A stretch of 39,634 nt of DNA. It comes from Bdellovibrionales bacterium (GTDB lineage Bacteria; Bdellovibrionota; Bdellovibrionia; Bdellovibrionales; DASUEL01). The position numbers and the translations under genes are program-made. The notes below the pieces were generated by a model. The model searched no databases and had not been told where the DNA came from. It saw only the letters and a program-made list of their open reading frames with translations. Of this stretch, positions 8,441 to 17,132 are shown in pieces. Location: positions 1-39,634 of the forward strand of contig JBFWOZ010000027.1 of assembly GCA_050250255.1 (NCBI GenBank). The letters run 5' to 3'. Position 1 is the stretch's first letter, and each line of letters opens with the position of its first letter.

Positions 8441-8631
8441 TCGCTAAAAACGAATAAAGGTGTCTGCGGTAGATCGACCTTGAACTTTTTTTCTTTGACG
8501 TGACGTTTTACGTCTCTTTCTGAGACATTTGTTGAGACGTTTGACGAATAGTCGGGTGTTTAACAAGGCTGTGCCAAAAAAGGTCTCATCCTTCTTATGC
8601 AGAGATCAATTGCAATATAAGCCCTGAACTG

Positions 8632-8648
8632 CGGTCCTTTCTTTGTAA
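8632..8648 (+). promoter_or_regulatory. sigma54-like promoter variant (GG-N10-GT)
   Basis: cGGtcctttctttGTaa; the GG lies 40 nt before ATG 8673, the same architecture as the site at 13902. Confidence 0.4.
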
Positions 8649-8672
8649 TAGGAATGACCGTAGGAGTAAGAC

Positions 8673-9779
8673 ATGAAGCAGGATCATTTTTGGGGAAAAC
8701 TCTGTGTACTCGGATTAGTTTTAACAGCTCTTGGTTGTTCCAATGGATTTCAAACATCAGGAACGGTCGGTAGTACGGTAAAGCCCGCCAACTTCGATCC
8801 CAAGCTCAGTCTCGATATTTCTGTTAATCAATCCAATGTAAGTTCGGATCTCTCTAAAGTGACCCTTGTGGGTACTTGTAATAAATCAACCTATCCTAAT
8901 CATATTATTCAATGGGAATTAAGAACGGGAGTCACTTACACTGGTGCTGAATCCAATATTTGTCAAAACGGTCGTTTTGCATTTCAAGTGCCTCTCGCCG
9001 GTAGAAGTATTCCTTCCAATACCATTACACTAGCACTCAAAATGTTGGGCTATAATTCCAGCGGCAAATCTTATCAGAGCGATGTGGATTCTATCCAATA
9101 CACCATTCAGAGTGGCGGCGGAACAACCGGTGGATCTACTGGAGGTTCTACGGGTGGATCTACCGGTGGTAGCACTGGCGGAAGTACCGGTGGAAGTACG
9201 GGTAACAGCGGACCAACAGGCGGCTGCGTAGATCCCCAAGTAGAAGCATTTTGTCGTGCAGGCGGAAATCCACCGAATGTGATGGGAATCCTGAACTCTC
9301 TGGGCTCTCAGTATCCTAACGAACTCAATCGTTGTAATCGTCACAATTATGAATTCTCCCACATTGCAGTGAATGAATTAAGAAAGCATGACCAACGCTG
9401 GGGCTTAAACTGGGTACGTGGAAATTATGGAGATGAGACCGGCGACGTTATCGGCTACTACTACGGTCCGGGCGCTCCTCAAAACAACAGTCCTTTTACC
9501 GTCATCATTGATTTTATTAATAGCTGTGGGGGCAATGAAAGTCTTGTATGGGGCGTTCATGCAGCCTCGAATTACCAAAGGTGTTGTAACCCTGAACCTA
9601 CGGCTCGATGGACGATTGAACCTCTTGCGGGCAACGCTGGTGGTGCATGTCTAGGAAGTGGCGGACAGGTGCGCAACGGTTACGATTCACAACAAAACTG
9701 TAATGCGAGCTGGAGCAACAATCCTGCTCATACGCCGTGTGTTCAGGTTCAGTCTTGCTGGACGCCTACAAACTATTAG
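8673..9779 (+). CDS. Lipoprotein: beta-rich N-domain, (GGST)6 linker, Cys-rich C-terminal domain of unknown function
   Basis: SD aggag, lipobox ALGC, Gly/Ser/Thr linker and multiple Cys. Confidence 0.8.
   Translation: MKQDHFWGKLCVLGLVLTALGCSNGFQTSGTVGSTVKPANFDPKLSLDISVNQSNVSSDLSKVTLVGTCNKSTYPNHIIQWELRTGVTYTGAESNICQNGRFAFQVPLAGRSIPSNTITLALKMLGYNSSGKSYQSDVDSIQYTIQSGGGTTGGSTGGSTGGSTGGSTGGSTGGSTGNSGPTGGCVDPQVEAFCRAGGNPPNVMGILNSLGSQYPNELNRCNRHNYEFSHIAVNELRKHDQRWGLNWVRGNYGDETGDVIGYYYGPGAPQNNSPFTVIIDFINSCGGNESLVWGVHAASNYQRCCNPEPTARWTIEPLAGNAGGACLGSGGQVRNGYDSQQNCNASWSNNPAHTPCVQVQSCWTPTNY
9129..9200 (+). repeat. Coding tandem repeat (GGST)x6
   Basis: 12-nt units with synonymous codon variation. Confidence 0.9.
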
Positions 9780-10770
9780 GCAATTTTAATCGATAAAGAT
9801 GGGACGGCTTGGCGGGGTCATCCGCGTCGTCCACCAAATAAATCATTTCTTCAGTACCTGAAGAATCAACGTAGATACCCTCAGCTTTCACATCGGGCGA
9901 GAGACGGCCAAGAATTTTAAAATCACCTTTTTTCTGTTTTTCATTTTCTTCAAGAATTGCGAGAACCGAACCTTTGACCTCTCCATCCTTGTACGTTGAC
10001 ATTGTGTTCTCTGCGGCAGCAAGCAGTAAAATGCCTTTTCGTGAGTTCGCTGCATCTGTAATAGAGAGTCTTACTTTATCGAGTTTTCCAATTTTGAGTA
10101 ACCGAAATTTTAATAGCGAATGATCCCATTTTTTATTCTTAAGAAGAGCAATAAATTCTTTTACTGGTAATTCAAAAATACCACTCATTCCTTTTTTTCC
10201 GTTACCTCGTTGAAAAAGGTGAACTTTATTTTTATGGATAAGCGCACCTTCAATGTTGAGCTCATCGATATATTTTTGAAAATGTTTATAGAAGGGGGCG
10301 AAATCAATCGTTTGGGGCTGATCTAGATCAGATTTATTTTTAAAAGGAATTAATGCGGCTTGCTGCCTCTGCGGAGTAGAGCCTGAGGGGACAGCCAAGA
10401 AGGCTCCATGTGGCTCAAAATCTTCTGCGGAAAATAAAAGTGCCGATTCAAAATCAGACTTCACTTTTTTTCGTTCGACGTTGTTTGCTGGCAAACTTTT
10501 CGAAATTAAAGGAATCACTTCGAGTTTGGATTTTTCCGCAAAGCGAAAGAGAGAATTCTCATCGTCTGAAATAATATAAAAATGAGAATCCTTTTTTACA
10601 AGTCCGCTGGCTGCGGACACGTGTGGGGGACGGCCTTTTTCTAAAGATTTTTCTAAAAGAAGGGGTTTCATTTTCTCGAGAACAAGAATGTTTTTTTTAT
10701 TTGCGTTCGCAGGCAAGGATTGAAGCATAAGAGCCGCAAAAAGCGTAATAGGAAGTAAGTTTGTTTTCAT
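9766..10770 (-). CDS. Secreted beta-propeller-like protein (DUF6929/DUF3616-like)
   Basis: Start moved to ATG 10770. Signal peptide (ANA). Motifs SAASGL, SDFES, SGST..R, NIEGA, FQRGNG, KAEGI and DDADDP. Confidence 0.6.
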   Translation of the reverse strand: MKTNLLPITLFAALMLQSLPANANKKNILVLEKMKPLLLEKSLEKGRPPHVSAASGLVKKDSHFYIISDDENSLFRFAEKSKLEVIPLISKSLPANNVERKKVKSDFESALLFSAEDFEPHGAFLAVPSGSTPQRQQAALIPFKNKSDLDQPQTIDFAPFYKHFQKYIDELNIEGALIHKNKVHLFQRGNGKKGMSGIFELPVKEFIALLKNKKWDHSLLKFRLLKIGKLDKVRLSITDAANSRKGILLLAAAENTMSTYKDGEVKGSVLAILEENEKQKKGDFKILGRLSPDVKAEGIYVDSSGTEEMIYLVDDADDPAKPSHLYRLKLPNSL

Positions 10771-10891
10771 AGTTTCTATAGAGAAACAGAGTCCTCGTAT
10801 CCTGGAAAGATTAAAGTAATTCCATAGTCCAAGGTCTAGAATTAGGGCTGCGGCCAAGACAAAAAAGGGAGCTTTATGGTGGGGTAAGGAG

Positions 10892-11398
10892 ATGAGCGTA
10901 AAATCGAAAAGAACTGCCCTTGTTCTCGCCGTATTCGTGTTGCTGGCCGTGGTTTATCAAAACTGTATGAGTACGGTTCAGGTGATTAATCCCCTTTATA
11001 CTGCGGCGACTATTGAAAACCTTCGTAGCTTACAAGTGACAGAAAGAAATAGTATCTGCCAAGATCCAGAAAACTACGCCTGTGTGCAAAACATTTTTAA
11101 ACACCAGGCAGAAACCTCAAAGGCCCAAGAAACAAAATGTTTAAAACCCTCTGGCGTGGAAAATGAAATTTGCATTATTGTGAGCGTACACACCCAAGAT
11201 ATTCCAGCGGACACGGGAACGGCACGTGACTTACAATACGAAGAATCTTCTTGTTTCAATAAAGTATTAAAAGAACGCACCAATGTAGAAGACAAAATGA
11301 GTGCGAGTGGTTTAGATGCCGCTTTTGAAGCGAGCTTTCAATCTTGCCGTTCGCTTTTGGATGTAGAGGGTACGGAAGACGAAGAAGAAATTCCTTAA
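10892..11398 (+). CDS. Cys-rich lipoprotein with YQNC signal, hypothetical
   Basis: SD aaggag; hydrophobic leader ending YQNC; six further Cys. Confidence 0.75.
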   Translation: MSVKSKRTALVLAVFVLLAVVYQNCMSTVQVINPLYTAATIENLRSLQVTERNSICQDPENYACVQNIFKHQAETSKAQETKCLKPSGVENEICIIVSVHTQDIPADTGTARDLQYEESSCFNKVLKERTNVEDKMSASGLDAAFEASFQSCRSLLDVEGTEDEEEIP

Positions 11399-11406
11399 TC
11401 TGACAA

Positions 11407-12252
11407 TTACGCTAAAACATCTTCTTTCATGAAACGATATTGTTTCAAACAAAAATCACAAGTCGCGACTATCGGGTTTTGAGTGCTAAAGATATCTTCA
11501 AGCTCGGTTCTTGGGAGCATCTTGAGTCCTCGAGTCATTCGATCACTATTACAAGGACATTTGTAAGTAACAGGAGAATGCTCCATTAGCTTAAAATTCA
11601 ATTTTGAAAGTGGCTTCATTTGGAGAGGATCAAAGCGATCCGAGAGGGCCAATTGTTTCGCATAGATGTGGAGATCTTTTGAGGAAATACTTTCCACAAG
11701 TTGACGATCCTGCGTGCTTGCTCCACCCACAATTTGCAAAAGGATTCCCGAAGCTTGAAGTCCTTGCGGAGTCTCACTGACGTAGATTCCCGCAGAGGTT
11801 ATAAGTTGTTCGCTTTGCATGCAAAAGCTCATCAAAGCTTCGCCCATAGACTCTTGATTGAATTCCACAACACCTCTGTAAGGCCAATTATTCTTATGAG
11901 ATTTTGTATAGACGACAGAGAGCATGGGAGGGAAGCCTTCTTCTGACTGTGCATCTTTATGAACCACATATCCACGAACAGTGCCTTCAGGAGTTGCGTC
12001 AACAACTTGTTTTCTCAACTCTCCACTATGATCTACGATCAAATTCACACTTTCGTTTTCTTTATGGGTGGAAGCGATCAATAGACCTCCAACGATCGAC
12101 TCTGCAAACTGAAGTGCTTTTTTTTCTGTAAGTTGGTGAGTCTTTAAAATGTCTTGGCAAACGTGGCTCGCATTCAACGCAATTAAACGCAATTCATTTT
12201 CCTGAGCAAGCCATTTTGTCCAATAAGAGAGGGTATCGATATTTGTAGGCAT
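11407..12252 (-). CDS. hslO: Hsp33 redox-regulated chaperone
   Basis: DATPEGTVRGY and QSEQ motifs; C-terminal CPC...CDFC Zn switch. Confidence 0.92.
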   Translation of the reverse strand: MPTNIDTLSYWTKWLAQENELRLIALNASHVCQDILKTHQLTEKKALQFAESIVGGLLIASTHKENESVNLIVDHSGELRKQVVDATPEGTVRGYVVHKDAQSEEGFPPMLSVVYTKSHKNNWPYRGVVEFNQESMGEALMSFCMQSEQLITSAGIYVSETPQGLQASGILLQIVGGASTQDRQLVESISSKDLHIYAKQLALSDRFDPLQMKPLSKLNFKLMEHSPVTYKCPCNSDRMTRGLKMLPRTELEDIFSTQNPIVATCDFCLKQYRFMKEDVLA

Positions 12253-12302
12253 ACCTTATGTTTTTTCAGAACACGTTGAGAGTCAACGTTAACCGCTAAG
12301 GG

Positions 12303-13646
12303 TTAACGTCTTGGAATAGGGACATTGAAAACGCGAGAACGCGCTCCGCGCATAAGCTTCGTGATCTCGCCAGTGAGGCGAAGATAAAAATCCGAGGAAA
12401 CGGAAACACCATCAGCATCTAATGTTAAGAAATACTGCGACTGTGGTGCTTGCGAAGCATTTTCCGCAGACTTTGCAATCGCGGTTGCTTCGTCGTACTC
12501 ATCAAACATCGCAATCAGCGCGCCGTCGCTCACTTCCGAAGCCCAATAGGCTTGGTGCCACATGTAGTCTCCGCCACGGCGAGAAAATGGGTTCCGTGGA
12601 CCGCCCCCCCAGTTAGACCACGCGAATCCAGGGCTAATTACTTTTTGATAATCAATACCCCAATTTGCATCAAGGAATTGTCGATCTGGAACGGCGACAC
12701 CTTTGTGGAAATTTTCTGTATCTTCATCTGATGCGTAAGCGCCAACAGACCATGGCTGAATCATGCTCAGTTCACGATAGACTTCGTGCCAAGCGTGATT
12801 GTCTCTCCAGCCCCATTGTGTTCCGCCAATGACGTAAAAGCCTCTATTTTTAAAAAATCGTACTAATTTAAGGGCGAGGGCTTGATTCATAGACCCTCCA
12901 TCAATGCCCCAAAGCATAATGACCGGTTTGCCACTGGTTCGTGCATAAACGGGGGATGCCGTAACACTCAGGCGTCCATCAAGTTCGTTGGTCCAGTCGC
13001 GAGTGAGATCGGCCTCGAGAGAATCGAGACGGGCGTTTGTTAAATCGTAAGAAATGTAAAAGTAACGACGGTAATAATGAGCATATTTTTTTATAAGCTC
13101 TACCATTTTGTTTCGAGCCGCGAGTTCTACGCTGGAATAAGTAGCCACCATAAAACGTCCTGAACAAACACCATCAATTCCGTATTCACTCATCCATCGA
13201 AAATGTGTGTCTACAACGCCCGGGTGAAAAGAGGAGAAAAGTTTTGAAGGTTGTCCGTTTCCAAGTGGACCGAGATCTGTGGTCACAAGGCTCGCTGCAG
13301 GATACTCGCTCACATTTGGGTATTGTTCGAAAGTGATACGGTTAGGTGCGGGACTATTTCCTGCCGACCAGTGACCCCAGCGATTCAATTGCCCATCACC
13401 TGGAGTGGAAAACCAACCCTGATAACCAGCGAGAACCATGTTTCGAAAATCCATAGGTTGAAAACCGGGAATAGGCGCATTGGGATCGTACGGAAGATTT
13501 GGATTAAGGGGTGGGGGTGTTGGCTTTATCGCCGTCACCTTTTCCGATGTCTCATTGGCCGCTTTAAAAGCGACCGGGCTACACGCTAAGATATTAAGTA
13601 GAAGAGCAGATACGAATGTGATTTTAAAAGTATATTGTAATCCCAT
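12303..13646 (-). CDS. Lipoprotein glycoside hydrolase, GH99/GH71-like
   Basis: Lipobox ILAC and Pro-rich tether; GYQGWF, HFRWMSEYGIDG, SYDL, PWSVG, PGFAWSN, AMFDEYDEATAIAK and YLRLTG motifs. Confidence 0.8.
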   Translation of the reverse strand: MGLQYTFKITFVSALLLNILACSPVAFKAANETSEKVTAIKPTPPPLNPNLPYDPNAPIPGFQPMDFRNMVLAGYQGWFSTPGDGQLNRWGHWSAGNSPAPNRITFEQYPNVSEYPAASLVTTDLGPLGNGQPSKLFSSFHPGVVDTHFRWMSEYGIDGVCSGRFMVATYSSVELAARNKMVELIKKYAHYYRRYFYISYDLTNARLDSLEADLTRDWTNELDGRLSVTASPVYARTSGKPVIMLWGIDGGSMNQALALKLVRFFKNRGFYVIGGTQWGWRDNHAWHEVYRELSMIQPWSVGAYASDEDTENFHKGVAVPDRQFLDANWGIDYQKVISPGFAWSNWGGGPRNPFSRRGGDYMWHQAYWASEVSDGALIAMFDEYDEATAIAKSAENASQAPQSQYFLTLDADGVSVSSDFYLRLTGEITKLMRGARSRVFNVPIPRR

Positions 13647-13900
13647 AACTCTCTATACAAACATAATTCCAGCCAGAATGACTGAACACCTAATAGCTTG
13701 CTCATTAGATCTAAAGTAAAGCTCTATCAAAACTATGACTTTTTTTGTCGTGCAACTCTGTGAAAATTCGACATTTTCTTTTTCCCATTTTGAGACAATC
13801 TAAGAACGCACAACTTCTTAACAGTTGAATGCCGCTTCTGAGTACGACCTTATGAGAACGCTCAAAAACAGAGCCTATAAGCTCATTCTCACGGTGGAAC

Positions 13901-13917
13901 AGGCCTTATGCTTGCAA
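13901..13917 (+). promoter_or_regulatory. sigma54-type -24/-12 promoter candidate
   Basis: aGGccttatgcttGCaa, GG-N10-GC; the GG lies 38 nt before ATG 13940. Confidence 0.6.
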
Positions 13918-13939
13918 TGTAGCAAGGTAGGAGTCTTGT

Positions 13940-14338
13940 ATGTTTAAGCTCATGTTCGCACTTATTGTTGGAATGACCTTTGTCTTTCAAAACTGTAGTC
14001 AGGTCAATTTCGACAAAGCATCGGTTGGAACAACGGGTGCTAATAATGCGACTGGAACAGGCGGATCCACTGGTGGGTCAACCGGAGGTTCTACTGGTGG
14101 TAGCACTGGTGAACCTATGACAGCCCAACAAACTTGTGAAAGTAGTGGGGGCGTATGGCATGGTACGAGCTGCTATGCTCAATTTTTCTGTGAGGCTCCG
14201 GACAATCTTTTTACTCAAAAATTAAATGCATTAGGAATGACAAATTGTACGGGTTCTGTGAAGTGTACGAACTGTTGTGGATCTTATGGCGCACTGGATG
14301 GGACCGACTGGAACTGGCGCTCTTGTGCCTACCCTTAA
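13940..14338 (+). CDS. Small FQNC lipoprotein with (GGST)4 linker and Cys-rich C-terminal module
   Basis: SD aggag; leader ending FQNC; repeat at 14060..14107; 8 Cys in the C-terminal domain. Confidence 0.82.
   Translation: MFKLMFALIVGMTFVFQNCSQVNFDKASVGTTGANNATGTGGSTGGSTGGSTGGSTGEPMTAQQTCESSGGVWHGTSCYAQFFCEAPDNLFTQKLNALGMTNCTGSVKCTNCCGSYGALDGTDWNWRSCAYP
14060..14107 (+). repeat. Coding tandem repeat (GGST)x4
   Basis: Read directly; synonymous codons vary between units. Confidence 0.9.
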
Positions 14339-14372
14339 TAATTTAAAGGAAACCGAAACAAAGGAAATGATT

Positions 14373-14831
14373 ATGAAAACGGAAAAAATATTTACTCTTC
14401 TTCTGTTGGTTCTATTTATGAGCCTTTCGATGGCTTGTAGTTCAGATGTAAAGTTTGAAACCAAACCTCCTACCATCACAACAGCTTCAGGAGCTACGAC
14501 TGGTGGCGGAACAACCGGAGGCGGCACTGGTGGTGATACAGGTGGTGATACAGGTGGCGGCACTGGTAGTGGTACAGGTGAAGCGCAGCTTCCATGTCCA
14601 GTAACAGTGGTTGCAGGCGTCAGCGTTGATGGTGATAGTGTTTGTACTCCCTGGGTTTTTGCTGGATGTAGTGAGTATAACGGTGGTTACTGGAGATCGC
14701 GCACTTGTCCCGCTATTTATAATTGTCGAACGTATGACCACAACGGTGCTAATGAAGTGCTAAACTTTCGTGACTACGCTCCCGAGCGCATCACTTGTTA
14801 TCACAACGGTAACTCTTGGGTTCCCTACTAA
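14373..14831 (+). CDS. Small lipoprotein with Gly/Thr linker and Cys-rich C-terminal module
   Basis: Start moved to ATG 14373 (SD aagga). Lipobox SMAC; TGG(G/D) repeats at 14490..14579; 6 Cys in the C-domain. Confidence 0.8.
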   Translation: MKTEKIFTLLLLVLFMSLSMACSSDVKFETKPPTITTASGATTGGGTTGGGTGGDTGGDTGGGTGSGTGEAQLPCPVTVVAGVSVDGDSVCTPWVFAGCSEYNGGYWRSRTCPAIYNCRTYDHNGANEVLNFRDYAPERITCYHNGNSWVPY

Positions 14832-14875
14832 TTAGTAATGTTAGTGTGAGCAAGAACGGAAGTTCTTGCTCTAGT

Positions 14876-17045
14876 CTATTGCCGACTCAATTCTGCCAAA
14901 CTCTTCACTTTCAATTTTTCACATACAATTGGTGCATCAGCGTGACCAGACTTATACAAGAAGCCAAAGAGGCGATCTTTTCCTTTAAGTCTAGAAAATG
15001 CGGCTTGGTAAAGAGCCCACAGCTCTGCGTCTTCTGTCGGACTTAAAAGGGTTTTCCAAGCGAAAGACTCCACGTGGCCTAAGTTTCCAAAAATATGATT
15101 TTTCCTTGGCGCAAAGTAGTGGCTCCATTCGTTCATCGCATTGCGCCCACTCGAGCCTTCCATAATGTACATAACGTTCGGCGTTCTGAGATTTTCAAGT
15201 TGTCTTAAATAGATGTCTGGGTTGGTGACATAACCCGTACTGTATTCAAGATTATAGCGGCCTGCGAACCCCCCTGGAAGAGCGATATTCTGAAAACTAT
15301 CGAAGGTTCTTGCATGGGTCATAGCTTCTTGCTTGAGCTGCGCTTCTATTTCCGTACGCGTACGGGAAAAAGGCATTTGATGATCCGTAGGTAAAAAGTT
15401 TTCTACCGGCCCTGCGCAAGAGAGTGCTCCGAGAAGCGCGTAGCGATAAGGTTTCAGTCGAACATTTTCGCTCACTTCCGCAGCGATACGAGGTCCATTC
15501 AATGCGTGAACCACGCCATCCATTTTCGCGAGAAGAAAATTGTAGCTCACTCCAGGAAGAATAAAATCATCTACACCCCATTCAAGATCCATTGGCTGTA
15601 ATGTTGGTGGCAAGAGATATTTATAACGTGAATGTGACGAGAGAGTCGCCGCGAATTTATCGTAGCGTTTTTTCTCTTCGGGGTAGAGATTGAGCATGTC
15701 TCCAAAGTAAGCGCCTGACCAGCCCGTCCAAACATCCCAATTTGGATGTGGGGTTTCACCATGGCATCGAAGGCAACGTGAAGGGTTTGGACCTTCGGGA
15801 GTGATATTTCCCTGCGCTACTTTTTGCATATCAAGATTGTAGAGTTCAATTTTTCTGGTCGTGGGATTCAGAGTCATCATTTCAAGATTTTGATAACCAT
15901 CAAAATCAGAATGGCCATTGAAAGTCATAATGAACTGCCCTGTTCGTTCAAAGAGAAGTGCACGAGGGTAATCGAAGCTTCCCGGCTGACTTGATCGGCT
16001 TGCGTACATAAGTGCATATCGCGATCTCATCGTTTTTGGAATGAGCGGAAGTAAGTCTTCGACCTTTTTTATTTTTGCCTGACATTTTGCGAGAATTGCT
16101 TTGAGTTTTTCAAAACTCATGGGACTGCTGTTGGCATCTTCGCACGTAATCTCTGTTAGGGGTTGTGATCGCACAGCACCTTTATTTCTCAAGAGAGTGG
16201 CGATCTCGTTAGCGCCCAACCGTTCTGCGATATCAAGAGGTGTTTCCCCTTCGGTCGTGATTCGATTCACGTTCACCGAATAATTGTTGAGGAGATATTC
16301 CACGGCATCTTTCGTTTTGGTCGAGATAGCCCAGATCAAAGGTGCGGCATTTGTTTCGTCTGGAGAATCAATCAGGGCTCTAGTTGTTTCTACAGGGAGG
16401 TATTCTGCTAAGCTTTGAATGCGGAGAGTGCCATTAGTGAAACGGCTTCGTGTGGCGGCCCAATGAAAGAGATTATTCTTTTGTACGGAACGGGCCATGA
16501 AATTGATTTTATATTTTGCAGGATCCTTTAAAACTTCTTGGAGAACCCAATCATAGGCCTGTCGTGTTCTCACGAAAAAATGAATAGGGGCAATGCCATC
16601 ATCATGTCCAGCAATTTCAAAATTAGGAGTTCGTGAAAGATACATTTTGATCAGCTCATCAACTTTTCCGTCTGCGCCATAGTTCAAAAGGTAAATCATT
16701 CCCATGAGGCCACGTCCGTCTTGAGCATTAATATCGGCGCCTGCTCCCATGAGCACTTCAATGACATCACGAATACTTTTTAAATGAGCCTCATTCGCCG
16801 AAGAACTGGCGTAAGCAAAACCTTCTGTCGCATAAATGAGGGGGGGTGACTCCACCTGGACCGCGAACGTTGACATCTGCACCTTGGGTAAGAAGTGCTT
16901 TAACTCTTTCCACATCCATCGGTTTGTTACGCCCAATTGTGATCGCAAGCAGCTCTTGTGAAGCAGGATTTGAAGTTTGAATTTTAGAAATCGCTGCAGA
17001 GCTAAAAACAAATGAAAACGCTAAAACGGCAAAAAGGAATCTCAT
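14876..17045 (-). pseudogene. Secreted ankyrin-repeat protein with C-terminal CxxCH domain, frameshifted at a homopolymer (about 722 aa if C7 were C6)
   Basis: ORF 17045..16791 carries the signal peptide and the start of an ankyrin repeat (GADVNVRGPGGVTP). ORF 17011..14876 continues it (PLIYA...GADINAQD; GETPLDIA). The junction is G7 at 16840..16846. CLRCH lies at 15761..15775. Confidence 0.8.
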
Positions 17046-17132
17046 TCAGTACCCCCTGTGAGGTCACCAAAGTCTCTTGATTTTTTTAAAGAGTCAACTT
17101 GAGGAGTTTAGAGGGGCTATTTTGATACCAGC

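Noticed and set aside
13660..13676. sigma54-like motif (GG-N10-GT) before the GH99-like gene
   Set aside because: The -12 is non-canonical and the implied TSS would be only a few nt from the ATG; too weak to call.
14231..14563. Pro-rich minus-strand ORF
   Set aside because: Antisense shadow of the Gly/Thr linker codons.
9129..14579. GGST/TGG repeats as a CRISPR array or DNA-level VNTR
   Set aside because: The units are in-frame 12-mers with synonymous variation and no spacers; they are protein linkers.
16847..17011. N-terminus (MFLALQRF...) of the 711-aa ORF as a real protein start
   Set aside because: It is the off-frame reading upstream of the frameshift; the signal peptide and ankyrin start lie in the 17045 frame.
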